Positions 60,942-64,000 of a stretch of DNA of 64,000 nucleotides are shown here, piece after piece (position 1 is the stretch's first letter; every line of letters begins with the position of its first letter). The translations under genes and the position numbers were made by a program. The notes beneath the pieces were generated by a model. The model saw only the letters and a list, made by a program, of their open reading frames with translations, ran no database searches and was not told the origin of the DNA. This DNA is from an uncultured Solirubrobacterales bacterium (lineage in GTDB: Bacteria > Actinomycetota > Thermoleophilia > Solirubrobacterales > 70-9), in contig CAWDEA010000004.1 of assembly GCA_963801245.1 (NCBI GenBank), positions 75,175 through 139,174 of the forward strand, in the 5' to 3' direction.

Positions 60942-60966
60942 AGGACCGGCAAGGAGGCAGGCGGAT

Positions 60967-62436
60967 ATGGGTCGCGGAGGCACAGCACAGGGCAGCGCCG
61001 ACATCAGCGACGGCGACTGGTCGATTGACCACCGCATACGTGGGTCAATCGATCAGCCGGCCGGACTGGCCGAACAGGCCCGCGCGCTTCGCGAGGGCGA
61101 GATCAGCTCCAGGGAGCTGATCGAAGCGTCCCTCGAGCGGGCGCAGGCAACCCAGGAGACCCTGAACGCGTTCCGGGTCATCTGCGCGGAGGAGGCGCTG
61201 GCCGAGGCCGAGGAGGCGGACCGCCGGCTCGGCGCGAGCGACGAGGCGCCCCTGCTGGGCGTGCCGGTCGCGATCAAGGACGACGTCGACTTCACCGGCC
61301 ACACGACCCCGTTCGGCTGCGGCGGGGGCCGGCCCGCCGTGCGCGACGCCGAGGCGGTGCGCCGCATCCGCGAGGCGGGCGCGATCGTGATCGGCAAGAC
61401 CCACGCGCCCGAGGTGGGCCAGTGGCACTTCACCGAGACGCCGTTGCACGGCGCGACCCGCAACCCATGGAACACCGACCACACGCCGGGCGGCTCCAGC
61501 GGCGGCGCTGCGGCGGCGGTCGCAGCCGGAGTCGTCCCCGCGGCGATCGGCTCCGACGGTGCGGGCTCGATCCGCATCCCGGCCGCCTGGACCGGTCTCG
61601 TCGGCCTGAAGCCGCAGCGCGGACGCGTCTCGACCTGGCCCGACCCCGAGGCCTTCAACGGGCTCAGCTGCTACGGCCCGCTGGCGCGCAGCACCGGCGA
61701 CGCCGCCCTGCTGCTCGACGCCGCCCGCGGCAACGTCCCCGCCGACCTGCACAAGCCACAGCCCCCGAGCGAGCCCTTCGTCGAGGCGGCGGCGCGCGAA
61801 CCCGGCCGCCTCCGGGTCGCCGTCTCCTTTGCCACGCCGTTCGGCGTCCCCGACAAGGTCGACGCCGAGCACCGCGCCGCGATCGAGGCCTTCGCCGAGC
61901 GGCTCGCGGAGCTCGGCCACGAGATCGTCCGCACCGACCCCGACTACGGCCTGGTCGGCCCGGCGATCATCCCGCGCGGCATGAGCGGGGTCGCCGACTG
62001 GCTCGACACCCACGGCGAAGACCGCGGCGCCCTGGAGCCGCGAACCCGCGTCCACGCCCGCTTCGGCAGTGCCCTGCGCGGGCTGCCTCATCGCCTCTCG
62101 CGGGCCGCCGAGCCGGCGCTCCGCCGCCGGGTCGGCCGCGTCTTCGAGCGCTGCGACGTCGTCCTCACCCCGGTCACGGCGAAGCCGCCGCCCCGGATCG
62201 GTGCGCTGCAGGGCAGGGGCTACTGGGCGACCAGCACGACCGCCAGCGCGACCTGCCCCTTCGCCTTCGCCTGGAACGTCGTCGGCTGGCCCGGCATTAG
62301 CGTCCCCGCCGGGCACACGTCGAACGGCCTGCCGATCGGCGCCCAGCTGCTCGGCCGCGAAAACGACGAGGCGACCCTGCTCTCCCTCGCCGGCCAGGTC
62401 GAGCGCGCCGAGGGCGGCTGGCCTCAGCCCGCGTAG
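60967..62436 (+). CDS. amidase-signature (AS) family amidase
   Basis: GVPVAIKDDVD, GGSSGGAAAAVAAG, GSDGAGSIRIPAA. SD aaggagg. Intact about 489 aa. Confidence 0.85.
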   Translation: MGRGGTAQGSADISDGDWSIDHRIRGSIDQPAGLAEQARALREGEISSRELIEASLERAQATQETLNAFRVICAEEALAEAEEADRRLGASDEAPLLGVPVAIKDDVDFTGHTTPFGCGGGRPAVRDAEAVRRIREAGAIVIGKTHAPEVGQWHFTETPLHGATRNPWNTDHTPGGSSGGAAAAVAAGVVPAAIGSDGAGSIRIPAAWTGLVGLKPQRGRVSTWPDPEAFNGLSCYGPLARSTGDAALLLDAARGNVPADLHKPQPPSEPFVEAAAREPGRLRVAVSFATPFGVPDKVDAEHRAAIEAFAERLAELGHEIVRTDPDYGLVGPAIIPRGMSGVADWLDTHGEDRGALEPRTRVHARFGSALRGLPHRLSRAAEPALRRRVGRVFERCDVVLTPVTAKPPPRIGALQGRGYWATSTTASATCPFAFAWNVVGWPGISVPAGHTSNGLPIGAQLLGRENDEATLLSLAGQVERAEGGWPQPA

Positions 62437-62514
62437 AAGCACCGGGGGCCGGGCTCGACAGCGGGTGTACGGTCAGTGTCGGGCAGTGCTCGACTCAACC
62501 GAAGGAGACCCCAA

Positions 62515-62877
62515 ATGGCAGCAGCTCAGGTAAAGCGGTTCGACTCGCCCGACGAGACCCGCCCGTTCGAGGGGAAGGGCCAGGCGAAGGTGGTGCAGCT
62601 CGCCGGCCATGCGGTCGCCGAGGGCACGTTCGAGGCCGGTTGGAAGTGGTCGGAGAACGTCAAGCCGATCGCCGGCACCGATTCCTGCCAGGTCGCGCAT
62701 TTCGGCTACGTCCTCTCCGGCAGCATGCGCATATATATGGACGACGGCTCCGAGATCGAGGCCAAGGCCGGCGACGTCGTCGCGATCCCGCCCGGCCACG
62801 ACGCCGAGGTCCCCGGTCCCGAGGCCTGCGTGATGATCGACTTCGGCGAGATCGGCGACTACGCGAAGCGCGGCTGA
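62515..62877 (+). CDS. cupin-domain protein
   Basis: SD aaggag + ATG 62515. GYVLSGSMRIYMDDGSEIEAKAGDVVAIPPGHD resembles a cupin beta-barrel core. Confidence 0.7.
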   Translation: MAAAQVKRFDSPDETRPFEGKGQAKVVQLAGHAVAEGTFEAGWKWSENVKPIAGTDSCQVAHFGYVLSGSMRIYMDDGSEIEAKAGDVVAIPPGHDAEVPGPEACVMIDFGEIGDYAKRG

Positions 62878-62880
62878 GCC

Positions 62881-63576
62881 TCAGCCGCGCCGACGGAGCG
62901 ACAGGTAGACGCGACCGAAGTCGAGCAGTTGGCGGCCGCGGTGCAGGAAGCCGGCGACAGTGCGCCCGGTTGCCCGGTGGGAGAGGTCGAGCTCGTACTC
63001 GCCGACGCGGTAGCCGGCGCGGACGGCGTCAACGGTCATGCCGATCTCCATCCCGTAGCCGCGGGCGAAGGGGAGGGTCCCGCGCAGAACCTCGGTGCGC
63101 ATCGCCCGCTGGCCAGAGATCGGCGCCCCGGCCTCGAAGCCGCAGAGGCGCCGGATCGACCAGCGGGCGAACCCGAGCGCGAGGCCGAACCCGCCGCCGA
63201 CCCGCTGACCGAAGGCGGCCACGGCGAGGTCGCACTCCCCCGCCTCGACCGCGGCGACCAGCGGCGCCAGCGCCCCGGCCGAGCCGCCGAGGTCGCCGTC
63301 GCAGAGCAGGACCAGCTCGGGCGCGGCGCCGTCGAGGGCCGCCACAGCCGCAGCCGTCACGTTGGCCCCCTTGCCGTGCGGCCTGCCCCTGCTGACGACC
63401 TGGGCGCCAGCCGTCATCGCCGCCTCGGAGGTGCCGTCGGTGGAGGCGTCATCGGCGACCCAGATCGCCGCCGCGGGAAAGGCCCCGCGCAGCGCGGCAA
63501 CCGTCTCGCCGATCCGGTCGGCCTCGTTGCGAGCCGCCACGATCACCGCGAGCGCGTCGGTTCGATTCACAGTCAC
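62881..63576 (-). CDS. GT-A glycosyltransferase (family 2/81, GpgS-like)
   Basis: LAVIVAARNEADRIGETV, VADDASTDGT, GKGANV, CDGDL, SGQRAMRTEVL..PFARGYGMEIGMT. GTG 63576. Confidence 0.75.
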   Translation of the reverse strand: MTVNRTDALAVIVAARNEADRIGETVAALRGAFPAAAIWVADDASTDGTSEAAMTAGAQVVSRGRPHGKGANVTAAAVAALDGAAPELVLLCDGDLGGSAGALAPLVAAVEAGECDLAVAAFGQRVGGGFGLALGFARWSIRRLCGFEAGAPISGQRAMRTEVLRGTLPFARGYGMEIGMTVDAVRAGYRVGEYELDLSHRATGRTVAGFLHRGRQLLDFGRVYLSLRRRG

Positions 63577-63593
63577 GACGCGACATTCTCCCT

Positions 63594-63638
63594 TCCGGTG
63601 CGCCTTGTGTGGCCTATGGCGACATAAAGCGCACCGGA
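63594..63638. repeat. 45-nt hairpin element, copy B (see 14216-14260)
   Basis: tccggtgcgccttgtg...cacataaagcgcaccgga. It lies in the divergent spacer between the GT gene and the biotinyl-domain gene. Confidence 0.6.
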
Positions 63639-63660
63639 GCAACGGATATGGTGCCGCGCC

Positions 63661-63873
63661 ATGGCTGATATCGAGGCGCACATAACAGGGAACGTCTGGA
63701 AAATCGAGGTCGCGGTCGGGGACACGGTCGAGGACGGGGACACCGTCGTCATCCTCGAGTCGATGAAGATGGAGATCCCGGTCGAGGCCGAAGACGACGG
63801 CACCGTCAAGGAGATCCGCTGCGAGGAGGGCCAAGCCGTGAGCGAAGGCGACGTCCTCGTCGTCCTGGAGTAG
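63661..63873 (+). CDS. stand-alone biotin carboxyl carrier (biotinyl/lipoyl) domain protein
   Basis: 70 aa. VVILESMKMEIPVEA carries the biotinylation motif (E)SMKM. Confidence 0.85.
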   Translation: MADIEAHITGNVWKIEVAVGDTVEDGDTVVILESMKMEIPVEAEDDGTVKEIRCEEGQAVSEGDVLVVLE

Positions 63874-63880
63874 GCGCCCG

Positions 63881-64000
63881 ATGGAAGAGCGACTCGCGGG
63901 CGGCAAGCTCATCCTCGACTCGCCCGCCGAGGCGGTCGTCCGGCTCCGCATCTCCAACCCCGACCGCCGCAACGCGCTCGACCACGAGATCCTCGACGCG
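63881..64000 (+). CDS. enoyl-CoA hydratase/crotonase family protein, N-terminal fragment (runs off window)
   Basis: MEERLAGGKLILDSPAEAVVRLRISNPDRRNALDHEILDA matches the crotonase N-terminal pattern (..NRP..RNAL). Confidence 0.6.
   Translation, partial: MEERLAGGKLILDSPAEAVVRLRISNPDRRNALDHEILDA

Overview
Very GC-rich (judged by eye, not computed) bacterial chromosomal segment. The protein repertoire includes a deazaflavin/F420-type oxidoreductase, a RipA-like NlpC/P60 endopeptidase, a PLDc_N-SHOCT protein, tandem Usp proteins, DUF2267 and a GpgS-like GT. This suggests a high-GC Actinomycetota lineage, perhaps Thermoleophilia/Rubrobacteria-like; that is inference only. I can support about 70 protein-coding loci. 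I found no rRNA, tRNA, CRISPR array, transposase or integrase. Content is mostly metabolic and housekeeping: acs, a persulfide-dioxygenase/rhodanese fusion, ppsA, a TreT-like trehalose synthase, a secondary-ADH-like dehydrogenase, the cysP-T-W-A sulfate transporter, an M50 protease, an ABC-2 exporter, a P-type ATPase, PBP1A, gloA, a six-gene MerR-linked acyl-CoA operon with two ACADs, glpK with a TetR regulator, an amidase, and several SDR/MBL/GNAT/VOC enzymes. Accessory-looking, less GC-rich patches are 6.6-8.5 kb (membrane protein + GT4), 24.3-25.4 kb (orphan ORF + Phd/VapC) and 49.1-52.2 kb (Abi_2-family gene + Vps62/DUF946-like secreted protein). Main hunt results follow. (1) About 60 reading-frame breaks are clustered in about 20 otherwise well-conserved genes. 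Assembly indel error is the most likely cause, but this must be checked. (2) 54-bp direct repeats duplicate the 3' end of an ACAD gene and bracket a 1.4-kb insert carrying an Abi-like gene but no recombinase. (3) A tightly coupled operon mixes a BKACE (DUF849) enzyme, a family-III CoA-transferase, a lone carboxyltransferase and a crotonase. It looks Liu-like but lacks the lyase and biotin carboxylase. (4) There are several repeated or palindromic non-coding elements and three unannotated small ORFs. All family calls rest on motif recognition from the translated ORFs; no searches were run. Break counts come from manual frame tracing and are approximate.
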